A stretch of 62,251 nucleotides of DNA, the filler included, from Sluysia triapertura (taxonomy: Eukaryota), in the NCBI GenBank assembly GCA_046118255.1. It is 4 parts of 4 records of this genome, joined end to end, with 100 filler letters (N's around TTAATTAATTAA, not from the genome) between each part and the next. Parts side by side here need not be neighbours in the genome. Positions count along the whole stretch, not along the records: positions 50,519 to 62,251 come from JBJNIA010175474.1; 3 more parts are not named here. One strand, 5' to 3'. Both the position numbers and the translations under genes were made by a program. Of this stretch, positions 51,200-62,251 are shown piece by piece; the stretch's first letter is position 1, and each line of letters opens with the position of its first letter. The notes below the pieces were generated by a model, which ran no database searches, was not told the DNA's origin, and saw only the letters and a list, made by a program, of their open reading frames with translations.

Positions 51200-52620
51200 T
51201 TAACAAATAACGCATAATGAAAACACATTTAGTTTCTTTGTTTTCGCGATGAAACAAAAATAAAATGAACGTATTCTTTTTTGTGTTGAATCAATTATTG
51301 TTGTTGCTCTATATTTTTTAGGTGCCAACTACATAAAAAAATTTTATTGTGATCACTACTAATTTTAGTAGCCCATATATAAATTTATTTGCAACATTTT
51401 ACATTGCTTTAAAATAAAGTTTTCGTTTTTCCAACGTTTAATTCGATATGTAGGTTCAGTATTTAATTCTTTATCAGTATGTTTGTCTTGAAAAGAACTT
51501 ACCTTATCATCTATACCATTTCCCTTCTAGAATTTCGAAATGAAAAAAGTCTTTCTCAAGAATAGATCCGTTATGTTGACATCGATACATTCTATTCTAA
51601 TTTTTTACCGCAGCAAATAATATCATATTTCATTGATATTAGTAAGAAAAAACGAAAAGAAATGATTTCAACTCTTCAAAATCGAACGGTGCATCAATTT
51701 TAATAATAAAATATTTTAAATTCTGTTAGATTTATAATTAACTTAAGTTTAACTGAATTTGCTTCAGGTAAATAACAAAATAATTGATTATTAAGTTCTG
51801 TTGTAAAACGATTTTTGATTATCTCAATTGGATTTGAAGACTTAATATATTGATAAACTAACATGCAATGATACCCTGAATGGCTTTTACATTAAGTTAT
51901 TCTTATGTAAGAGAATGTTTAAAATGTTTAATTTCTTATTTGTTTTTGTTTTACAGAAAACAGATCCGATTCCGTTGTTATATTCGAGAGAGCATGGACG
52001 AAGTTGAGGAGCTCTTTCTTGCAAACAAATGCATTGCTGTAAAGATAAAATGATAAGTCTGATGGTGATTTTCTTTACTTTCGCAATCATATTAATCTGC
52101 TTCTGTTTCTTTTTTTGAGTTTTTGGTAAGCAATTGCAAATGCTAAATAAGCTCTAGTAAATGCATCACAATTACTAGATTTAATTTGACTAGTTCCTTG
52201 GTGAGATTTTGGTTGTCATGATTTATCGTTCTTAGAACACCGTTTATCATTAATAAAATTATTTCGTTTCATGTTATACTTGGATTGAGACTATTGAGAA
52301 CGAGAGAAGAAAGAAAAAAATGATATATAAGTTATTAGGCGTAATTTTTCTTAATCAAAATGTATTCCGAATATATTAACGGAATCTGAGAAATTCTGCC
52401 ATATCCCAATTATAGTACGGATATTGTTCTTCTAGATCAGTTACTTTTCTTGTTACACTCCTGGAAAGACGTGGAATTTGATAAACAACTGTTACAAAAT
52501 ATATTGATTGCATGACTAAAGGTATTTATAGCTGCAGATAAAAATTATCATCAAAATGACGGAAAGTCATCGATATTGACCAAATATATTTGGAATTTAC
52601 AAATAAATGTATTATTATAG
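51200..52620 (-). pseudogene. Heavily decayed coding-like region (possibly a secreted/LRR-like protein)
   Basis: ORF 51887-52090 with a signal-peptide-like start and Cys residues. Surrounding frames look coding but are full of stops. Confidence 0.2.
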
Positions 52621-53035
52621 ACTGCTTTTTTTCGTATACTTTCTTTCTAACATAATTTATATTTTAATTTAATGTAAAAAATTAATAAACACTAAATAAT
52701 TCAGCATTACAATAATTAATTTTTGTAAATAAGATCTTATCAAGTGCTATTGTGAAATTTTATTTAAAAAATTTATATAAAATTTATATAAAAAATTATT
52801 TCAAATATAAATTTCAAACAAATTATTATATGTTTTTATGTTTTTATTTTTAATTTCGACACATTTAAGATAAATTAAATTAATTGAAATATTATAACTA
52901 AGTTAAAAACGTTATTTACGTTATAAAAATCATGTTTAACACTAAACGTTCCAAGGTTTCATGTGTACCTATTCATACCATCACCAGTCTTCAGATTTAT
53001 TATATAATTTTTTTCATAATATAAATTTATTTGTT

Positions 53036-53781
53036 TGTATTACGTTGGTTTTTGTAGTACTTAACCTATAGAAAAATATTTTTGAGTAGGATCAGGTTAC
53101 AGTGAAGTGGGCATTTCTGTAACGGTATACACTAATATTTTATCAAAATAGTAGTGCTTATCAAACGCTCAATTAATTACGTAAATACCTGTTTCAAAAA
53201 ACTTCGTTTAAGTAAAAATTCTAATTCTAATGAAATTATGAAACTATAAACTCAGGTACATTTATTAAAATCACAAAAAGATTTAAAATTTACAATTTAC
53301 CTATAATATAAAAAATAGACAGAAAACTAATAAAATTAAATTTTAATATAAATTTATGTGGATTTTGCCCTTCACTATGTCGGGGAATCTTAATATAAAT
53401 TTAAAAATAAAGTTCAGTGGATTTTAAGATATTAATTTTCGAAATTAGTATCACCTTAATAAAAATAACTTAAGATAAACATGGAATGGAAAGTTGGTTC
53501 TGATTGAATAATGTTTCCACCATTATTGATTGTTCATTGTTTGATTGTTGATCGATATACCAAAAATATGTAATCCAAAAATTTTACAAATAAATAAATA
53601 AAGAAGATTTTCACTAAACTGATGCTAGTCATCAGCCAACAGAAGCTAATTTCCTTTTTTCGAAAAATAATTTCTTTTTTGGAAAATAAATATTTTAAAG
53701 TGATTTTAAAGATTTTTAAATGATTCTAAAGTGTTATGATGGCATTTTCATGATTTTAGAGAGTGTGATAACAATCTAACA
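53036..53781 (+). mobile_element. Solo-LTR-like repeat
   Basis: Inverted homologue of 54151-54734. Ends gataacaatctaaca. Confidence 0.55.
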
Positions 53782-54150
53782 ATATGTAAAATTAAGTCGT
53801 ATTATAAATGGTAAAAAACAATATAATTTCATAGTATTTTTAAAGTAAAAACTAAAAACTGTCATTTGACCTGTCGTGGTACGTTTAGTATTAATACAGT
53901 GATAGAAAAATATTAAGGACAAATAAATAATCAAAGAAATTAGACAAATGTAAGGATTCAAATAAAGGAAACTTCCAGAGTTTCCTATCCACAAACATCT
54001 TGACATTTTTTCTAGATGTTATTAAACGGATGAAATGAAAATTTGCAAATGAGTCAGTGTATGATGTGGTGAAGAGTTCCTGTTTTCAGAATGAGTTTGT
54101 ATGTCATTTATCTCGTTAGTAAATGATCGAACTAATACCGAAATGCATTG

Positions 54151-54734
54151 TGTAAGGTTGCCATTACAACCCTCTAGAATCATTTAAAATCCAATTATAA
54201 CACTTTAACATCGTTTTAAAATTACTTTAAAAATATTTATCTTCTAAAACGGAAAATTAGCTTCTGAAAAGAATAGAAGCCTCTTGAACATTCCATCGAT
54301 TCCAATTGGCTGATGACTGGCATATAAACTAGTATCAATCTAATGAGAATCGCTATTTTGAATTTTTACAATTTGCTACAATCAATTTTAGTTCCAATCT
54401 TATTTTTGCTCTCGCTGTTTTTTCCAACAATATCTGGTTTTGTTAACTTTTCGCACTAAAATTCAAGTTGCATTCAAGATGTGGCATTATTATTAGTTCA
54501 GAACTTGCTTTTTATTCCATGCGTATCGTAAGTTATTTTTTTAAGGTGATATTAATCATTGAAGATTGGTATTTTAAAATAAACTTAAACATTACAATTT
54601 AGATAAAATATTAATTTTTGCAGTTACAGAAACACCCTCATCACTACATAAGACGTTTACTGTAACCTCACCCTGCTCAGAAAATATTTTGGCACAGATT
54701 AAGTGTTAGGAAAACCACAGGAATTGGTGTTACA
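54151..54734 (-). mobile_element. Solo-LTR-like repeat
   Basis: Minus strand TGTAACACC...gggttgtaatggcaaccttaca. Flanks cattg and tatta are a possible decayed 5-bp TSD. Confidence 0.6.
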
Positions 54735-55635
54735 TATTAGTCAAGAACCAATTATATTTCAGTATTAGTTCATGTAAAGAAAGTATATTGGAAAAATAGA
54801 TGTATAAAATTTTTTATCCTCCAATCAGATCGAGAAGTAAAAAAGTAACGTCTTTCAATAACATAATTTTGAAATTCGGTGTAGCTTCGCAGCTGGAGCG
54901 ACTTGAAATTTTTTACATGCTTTAGAAGCTTACTAAATTGGAACGGAGTTTGTTGCATGATTGTTTTAAAACCATCATTAGTAACAATTTTTAAATTAAT
55001 GAAATTTTGGCGCAAAAATTGCTTATTATTTCAGTGAAGCACCAAATTAAATTTCATCAATCTTTATCGAATGAGTTCCAATTTATTATTGGTATGACTA
55101 ATATTGTCACAATAATTAAAAAACCAAAAATATTATCGTTTTTCAACCATAAATTAATATCCTATCAAATCAGAAATATACAAAAACATTTATTAATAAT
55201 ATTACTTCTTAGAATACTTGGATATTTTTGCTGTATTCTTCAACTTCTCGAAATACTTCCACAAATATTAATTTAACTAGATCATTGTATTCATTAGAGC
55301 TTCAACATTTTTTCACATTCATTTTCGACTTTCTCGATATTGCGAATTTAACGACTTCGATAAAATTTTGTCAGTGTTTTGAATCATGTTTTCAACGGCA
55401 AAAAACAAATAATTATCATTATACTTGTACTATAACTGCATTAATTGTGTTTTTAAAATATATAGACTTTTTATCTATTTCAAAAATTTATCGTTTCACA
55501 TATCGTTGAAATTAATTTTAAATTTGCAAAGTATTGTTATTCCGCAAAAGAAATACCACAATGATTTTAGTGGAAAGTATCTTGGTGCAGAACTCATGAA
55601 TGTAATCTTTCTCGCATATTTATACTAGTTGGTCT

Positions 55636-58248
55636 TGTAGTGACTAACTCAATATCTTAGAATTTTATTTAAAAAATAGACACCAAATCACCTTTCACAA
55701 CATTTCATAATTCATAATATTTCCAAACATAAAATCACATAACATACTAACAATTTTCTATCAAAACCTTTTCTTTTCATATTTTATTTCTTCAGATGCA
55801 CCAAAACTATTTTAATACCTTACAACAATTTTTAATTCTCAATCTGACATCTAAATCATAATTACATTCAAAACCATCAATCTACAATTCAAGTTCATCT
55901 CAAACATTTCTTATTTATAAAGTTACAACACCAAAATCACTTCTACATTCAAAATAATTAATGTACAATAAATTTTAACTAAGACATTTTATTCACAATC
56001 TCATAATTGCAGAATTACATTATACATCTTAAATCAATCCAAAACATTACAAGCTCACAAACTTTCAACATCCAGTTCTGAACATCATCAAAAAAAAACT
56101 CTAACTTAGCATTTTAAAACCATTTTTACACATTCTATTTAAAATACTTTAGTTAAAAAGATTACATTAAAAGAAATCTATTTATGTCAAGAAAAGTTTT
56201 CGTGATTAAGAAAAGATTTATGTGTTTATTTAAATTTTTATTATAATTATATTATTCATTACTATTATTGTTTTTATACATTACTATCTTTTATTGACTA
56301 ATGTAATTAACTAGCCTTCACCAGTTGACAGTACATTAAACTAAATCATTATATTGCATCAAACTGTCAACAGGTGACTGTTACTATGCGTTAATTGCTT
56401 CAGTTAATTTGACGTCCAATTGGTTGTCTCTCTGTTTTGTGTTTTCTTTCATCTAATTGGACGTCCAAAAATCGACAGACTTAATTCTCATTATTTATTG
56501 TACAGTTTAGTGTGCGGAAGAGAGATTGCTGTTTGTTTTGTCAATAAACATTTTTTATTGGATTTTAATGCAATACATTTATGTTGACGACGACTATAAT
56601 GGTTATCTCTGTGTCAAAAAATGGACAATTACTCTAACAATAAAAATTGAAAATTTTCTAATGTGAAATTTAACTTTAATAATTTTTTTTAGTTCAATAA
56701 TGATAACAACTGCGGTTAAAATATCCACAATTTTAGATTATATTTCAAAATTATATTTCAAAGTCGGCCCAAGTTCAGCAACATACTATGCCATTATTAC
56801 TGAAATGTAAAGATGATATTAGTTTATCTGAAACCAGAAATGGAAAAATTGTTCTTAATGTATTCCATTTGTTCAACAATATGTGGTCAACGATCCACCA
56901 TTAATGTATATAATGACTTTAATTCCCACAGTTGAATGAGCAATGCAAAAATATGTTCAATTAATAAGAATGAGTAAAGGATTAAATCTGAAAATAATGC
57001 GTTCAACTAGAGATATAGATATGACCGATAAATTAACGGAACTTACTATTTTAGATGTCGACATTGTAGCAGCAATCCCTGGTCGAATTTTAATGTTTCG
57101 TCATCATACAAATCAAATTAAAGAAATTGTTTTATTCTATATAATATGCGATAATTGCGAAGGCAGATAGAATGATGCGTTATATATTAGATAAAGAGAT
57201 CGAAAGAGTTTTACGAATATCACCACTAAAATTAAGTAATAAAAGAAAGGAGAGAGATGAAAAGATGTTCAAACGAATACAAATTCATCCAGCAACATGT
57301 TATGGTGAAGTTGAAAAGAAGTATGGAATTTTGGGTTATGGTTTACGGCTTGTTGATGTCACATTAAAAAATAATTTTCCAACAAAGCTGAAACCTTATG
57401 TTTGGACTATGTCAAATGATACTGAAGATAAAGTTAATTTTAAAATAATATTTGAAACATTAATGCATTATATTGATGAAACATATATGTTTAAAGTTTT
57501 GCCTTTGTTAATGATGGTTCTTATGCATGGAATTACGAATCCAGAATAAGTAAAATCAATGTTAAATTGATTTCAGCATCATGCTCTGATCCAAGAATGC
57601 TCCTCCAAAAAAAAGAACAAAACAGAAATTCTTTTGAACTGAGGGATGCACAAGTTATGTGTCCAGCAAAGCATTGGATGTCAAAGTTATCGTCAACCTC
57701 AGCATTCTAAAATTTGTTGATCCTTATCGTTAGAGAGCTAGGCGAATTGCAAAAGACATTAAATCATTTTATGTTCTGGCTTTCGTGTTTCGTGAAATCG
57801 AAAGGTTGCAATCAAGTTCAGACTATTCTACAGCACAAGATGGTTATATGAATCAATGATTGCGAAATCTTACAATCGGATAAATCGACATCTAATAACA
57901 CAAAAGTAAATTTTACTTATTATTATTTAATTGATAAATTAATTTCATCCGTTTATTTATTTAGTGATATGAAGGGTAGAAATCAATGGCATATTCGAAA
58001 AAGCATCAGCATCAGTTTTAAAAATTTTATTTTATTCTGTATAAATAAAAGTAGATTGTCGTATGTTTTATTGTTCTTTTATAAGAAATCTAAATTATAT
58101 TGCGTAATTAATACTACAACAAAGTTTAACCGCAATTTTCAATTTTATGTTACAATATTTGATAATATAAAGAAAAATTTTAAAATAGATGTTTACAATC
58201 TAATGTCATTTATATTTGTAATAAGCTAAAATACATTATCTCATCATA
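55636..58248 (+). mobile_element. Gene-capture cassette, unit F (both ends visible)
   Basis: GGTCT|TGTAGTGACTAAC ... TCATCATA|GGTCT gives a perfect 5-bp TSD. Contains an A/C-rich tract, ATT repeat, IRs at ~56324-56370 and 56411-56465, then the DEAD-box cargo. Confidence 0.75.
56730..57900 (+). pseudogene. Intronless DEAD-box RNA helicase pseudogene (cargo of unit F)
   Basis: Motifs in order: Q (QVQQHTMP), I (SETRNGKI), Ia (IPTVE*AMQ), Ib (DIVAAIPGRI), II (AKADRMM), MHG, VI (YR*RARRIA). Stops and frameshifts. Confidence 0.8.
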
Positions 58249-58905
58249 GGTCTTTCATAAATTAAGAGATTATGATATTAACCATATTTTTAAATACGTA
58301 CTTAAATTAACATTCAAATTGAGATGTATGTTGCATTTCATAAAGTCAAAAAAATTTATTAAAACTTCATTAAACAATTCAAAATTTATTGATATTTTTA
58401 AAATTTTTAATATCTTCAATTCCAAAAACTGAAATTAAAATTGAGAAATATGTTTCTTATACCTAATAAAATTGAGCGATAAACCCGAAAAGTTATTTTA
58501 TAAAATCAAACATAATTTGTTGAAATTTTGAAAAGTTAATGCTTGAATTATATAATCATATTCTAAAAGCATATGCTATATATACAAGTTCAGTTCAATT
58601 TAAATAGATGATGAAAATTGCCGACAACTTGATTACACTTCTCGGTATTGGACATACTGACTCATATCGGATAGGTTGTATTATATTTGAGTAAAGCTTT
58701 CCCATATGAGTTGCTATACTAAGTGAGTGGGTTGCGCCAAGTCATTGGGTCTGACTTTTTCCTTTTTTGTGGGTCTTTTCCTTCATCTAATAAAGAAGAT
58801 TATGTTAATAGTATAAGTTTTATAAAATTGAATACAAACAAATTAAATAATAATTTATAAATATTAGTTTATAAAATAAAACCAGTGTATATTATTTAAA
58901 TTTAG

Positions 58906-59117
58906 CATATTACCAGTGGACTCCGATATTGCTAGGTGCTCAATGTATAATATGTTATGCTCCATTTATAATTTGGAAAACATATACATATACAAATGAA
59001 GGTGGGGATTGGAACTGTTTCATGAAAAGAGCTGCAGATGCAAATTATTTAAACGTTGATGACAAAAAAAGAGCAACTCATGAATTGGCAAAAATATTAT
59101 TGGAAACATTATCTCAA
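58906..59117 (+). CDS. Innexin internal exon (TM2 and intracellular loop)
   Basis: ttag acceptor, then YYQWTPILLGAQCIICYAPFIIWK...EGG, the innexin signature. Likely donor CAA|GTTATT. Confidence 0.9.
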
Positions 59118-59742
59118 GTTATTATCTGATTGTTAATATATCTAATATTTATTTTAATTTCCTACATATTTAACAATCAATGAATTTTATAATATTTTAT
59201 TAGTCAATATCTAAAATAAATTATTAATTATTTTAAATTATTTAATTTATAAGTTACTATATAAAAATAAAATAATAATAATAATAAACGTCAATTATCT
59301 CACAAATCAAAATTTTTCGAAGACAAATTCAGCTAACAATGTTTTACTATATAATCATTATAAATAAGTTTAAAAATCATGAAAATTAAATTAGAATATG
59401 AAAGTTAATAAAATAATTATTAACACATTTAAAATGATTAATTGTATTTCTTACTGTAAATAATATAAATATAATACGTAGTATATAACATAGTAAATAT
59501 AGTAATAACAATTATCTTTGCACACATTACAATTATTGATTTTAATATAATTAACACAATGATTAGTTAATAAATTAACTTTATATTATAATTGTCAATT
59601 ATTGATTTTTAATCGATTTTAAATTGTTAATTTTGGAACAATATTTCAAAAAAGTAAGTATTAAATTCAAATTATTTTAAAATATAATTATTAAATTATT
59701 ATAATTGAAAGAAATAAAAAATTTTTTTGGGATTATAAAAAT

Positions 59743-60585
59743 TGTAAAGGTTTAAAAAATTTTATTTTTATGTTTTTTTATGTATGTTTAAAAATTTTGT
59801 AAATTTTATTAAAATTACTAAAAATTATTTAGTTTTTTAAAAAAATTTAATTATAATTATAATTAAAATTATAAAATTTAATTATCAAAAGAATGTTCCA
59901 GAACAAGGAAATTGTTTTACTAAATTAAGTTTAATTTAATTTTGAAGAATAGACGCCATAATTTATTTGCCATATTTTAAAAATTACAAGAGCAGACGCC
60001 ATTTGTTAATTTACCATTATTGATTCAAACGCAGTAATAACTCCATCCATCATTTCTGGTTATCCTCTGTGCTCAAGAAGTTATCATTTCAATCAATTAT
60101 CAAGTAGAATTAAATCCCGCGTATTCGATTAAAGGGATCTCAACTCCAAATTCTTTGCAATCCGTTCAATCAAACAACGAAAAAAAAACTTCCTGATTTC
60201 GAATTAATTTTAATTAAATTAGTAAGTTTGTTTTACATAAATTGAAAAACTCGCTAGAGTTAAAATCTATACCTAACATATCTAATTTTCGGTTGGTCAT
60301 TAAGATCAATCATAAAATCATTTTAAAATCTAAAATCATCATCTTTTAGTGGGCCCTTAAGTTCAATTACAGATCGAGTTTTTCGGCTGGTTCTTTATTA
60401 TAATATAAATTACTATCGTTATTATATTTTTATTATTATTGTTTTCGGATAATAATCATTGTATAAAATTTCATCATTTTGTTTGATTTTATTAATATAT
60501 TTTTCTTGTAATAATTGTTAATTTAAATTTAAAAACTAAAGTAATTCACGTTAATTAAGGTTACTATAAAGTTCTAGTTGTAACA
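59743..60585 (-). mobile_element. LTR-like dispersed repeat, copy of 2046-2897
   Basis: Minus strand TGTTACAACTAG...aaacctttaca. Aligns with 2290-2897. Confidence 0.55.
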
Positions 60586-61618
60586 CATTTTTCTGCCAAA
60601 ATATAGTAATGTGGAAATTAGATATGTGATTAGAATGTAATTAAGATTTTGGATTTAAATGTCTTATCCTTAATGTAAGTTCTCTATGATACTGGACTTA
60701 CTCACTGAAAGGCCAGCACATAGATTCGCAGCTTTTAAGAAAGAAAAGATAAGAACTGGAGGCTTATGTTGATATTTAATTTTGATTCTACCTGTTTCTT
60801 AGATCCAAATACTTATTGGTTTGTTAGGTTAAAGTTTAATTGTTTAAGTTTAAAAAAATTTGTTTAAATTTAGTAATTTGATTTTTAACAACATAATTTG
60901 TCGTTCATATAAATCAATATTTCAGTTAATTATAAATGTTTAATTGATTAATTATATTTTGATGTTTTCAACAAAATCAAATAAGTATTTTTTGAGTATT
61001 TTTTAATATTTAATTTAATTAAAATAATCAATATAAAATGTACAAGTATTTTTTAAATGTTTTTAATTTTTGTTAAGGGAATATAATAATTATTATTAAA
61101 ATTATTTTAGTTAAAATTTTTATTATTTGTTTAAATGTTTTGACCTCAAGGTCATCTCTTTAATATATAATCAATTTTTTGATTAAGAGTCATTTTTCAT
61201 AAGTAAAACATTATTTAAAGCATTATCTTTCATAAGTTAAAAAACATGAACTTGTAATTCTTGAGATTATACTTATAAGTTATTCTCCGATTCAACGTGG
61301 AAAGAGTACCATCAAATTCTAATCTTTCGCACAATTTTCCTTAAAACTATTGTCAAGAAATTATCGTTAATTTCTTTATATAAGTTTTATGCAATTTGTA
61401 ATATTACCTTTATAAAATGTACTCAAAATTTTCACTTGATTAACGTTACTATTTAACGGTAACAAATTAAATTATTTTATTTAAAATATAAAGTTAGGAT
61501 TAATCAATTATAAATTAATCCCACTAACATTTTTCTTTTATCTATAATTGTACATATTTACGATTATTTAATAAAAGCCATTTTAATTTTATCTCTTTTT
61601 CATTTAATTAAACTCTTC

Positions 61619-61787
61619 AGGTTCAGTACAAGAACCTTATTAAAATAACTAACTATAAAAATCTAATTCAAATTTTTAGAAGGTTCAGTTTCAGAACCTG
61701 ATTAAATTTATTTTAAAATTTAAGGTTTGTTTCAGAACCTCATTAAAATACTTAAATAAGGTTCGATTTAAGATCCAGATTAAATTA
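61619..61787. repeat. Four short hairpin repeats AGGTTC-N6-7-GAACCT-attaaa
   Basis: Copies at ~61619, 61681, 61722 and 61759. Confidence 0.6.
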
Positions 61788-62251
61788 CTAATTATTAGAA
61801 GTTTATTTGACAGTTAGACAAGTAACATAAATTTATATAACTGTTGCGTCTTTAAAACTTATGAATTATTAAGACTCACTATTATTATCTTGATCGTTTC
61901 AAGCCGTAATAATTTCAATAGATAGTATATCAAGTGTAATTTTATCGTAATCTTATTTTATAGCTATGTCAATAACTATTATACCAACTTCAAATTTCTT
62001 GACATTTAAATCAAAACAAAAATAATGTGCTATTAAATAAAAACCAAAAATAAAATTTGCTATTATTATTAATATGAGTTTTCATAAAATAAAACTAAAA
62101 TGGCAAAAGTAAAACAGCGATTATAATAATAATGAAAGTATTACAATTTCTTTAAAAATAGACAGACACTAATTATATCAAAGAACTAATGGTAATTATG
62201 TTATTCAAATATTTTAGGCCAACGAAATAAAAGTGAACACGATTACAATAA

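Noticed and set aside
54770-55628. Cluster of short ORFs
   Set aside because: No recognisable motifs. Consistent with chance or heavily decayed coding sequence in AT-rich DNA.
61619-61787. CRISPR-like array
   Set aside because: Eukaryotic context, degenerate repeats, irregular AT-only spacers and no cas genes.

Overview
Very AT-rich eukaryotic draft scaffold with four assembly gaps. It comes from an invertebrate animal: it has an innexin exon with the YYQW motif, an SLC17/VGLUT-type terminal exon, an intronless rhodopsin-class GPCR and DPH3. A spiralian such as a flatworm or orthonectid is plausible but is only inference. Intact genes are sparse, and most of the window is decayed repeats and pseudogenes. 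Two structures stand out. (1) About six copies of a cassette that starts TGTGGTGGCCAACC and continues through a G-poor strand-biased tract, an (AAT/ATT)n tract and twin inverted repeats with CCAAT-like boxes. Each then carries a different, apparently intronless, same-strand host-gene cargo (DEAD-box helicase, SH2-tyrosine kinase, RUN+CCCH, CCCH, unknown proteins). Where the far end can be seen it is TCACCACA-like, with a 5-bp target-site duplication in the best copy. This looks like a gene-capturing, integrase-type non-autonomous element family. (2) A 405-bp TRIM (LTR-PBS-PPT-LTR) whose LTRs each contain a tRNA-Ala-like Pol III unit, plus two solo LTRs with perfect 4-bp TSDs. Also present are a Buster/SPIN-type hAT fossil with a perfect 8-bp TSD, other LTR-like repeats and microsatellites. 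All alignments and translations outside the supplied ORF track were done by eye.
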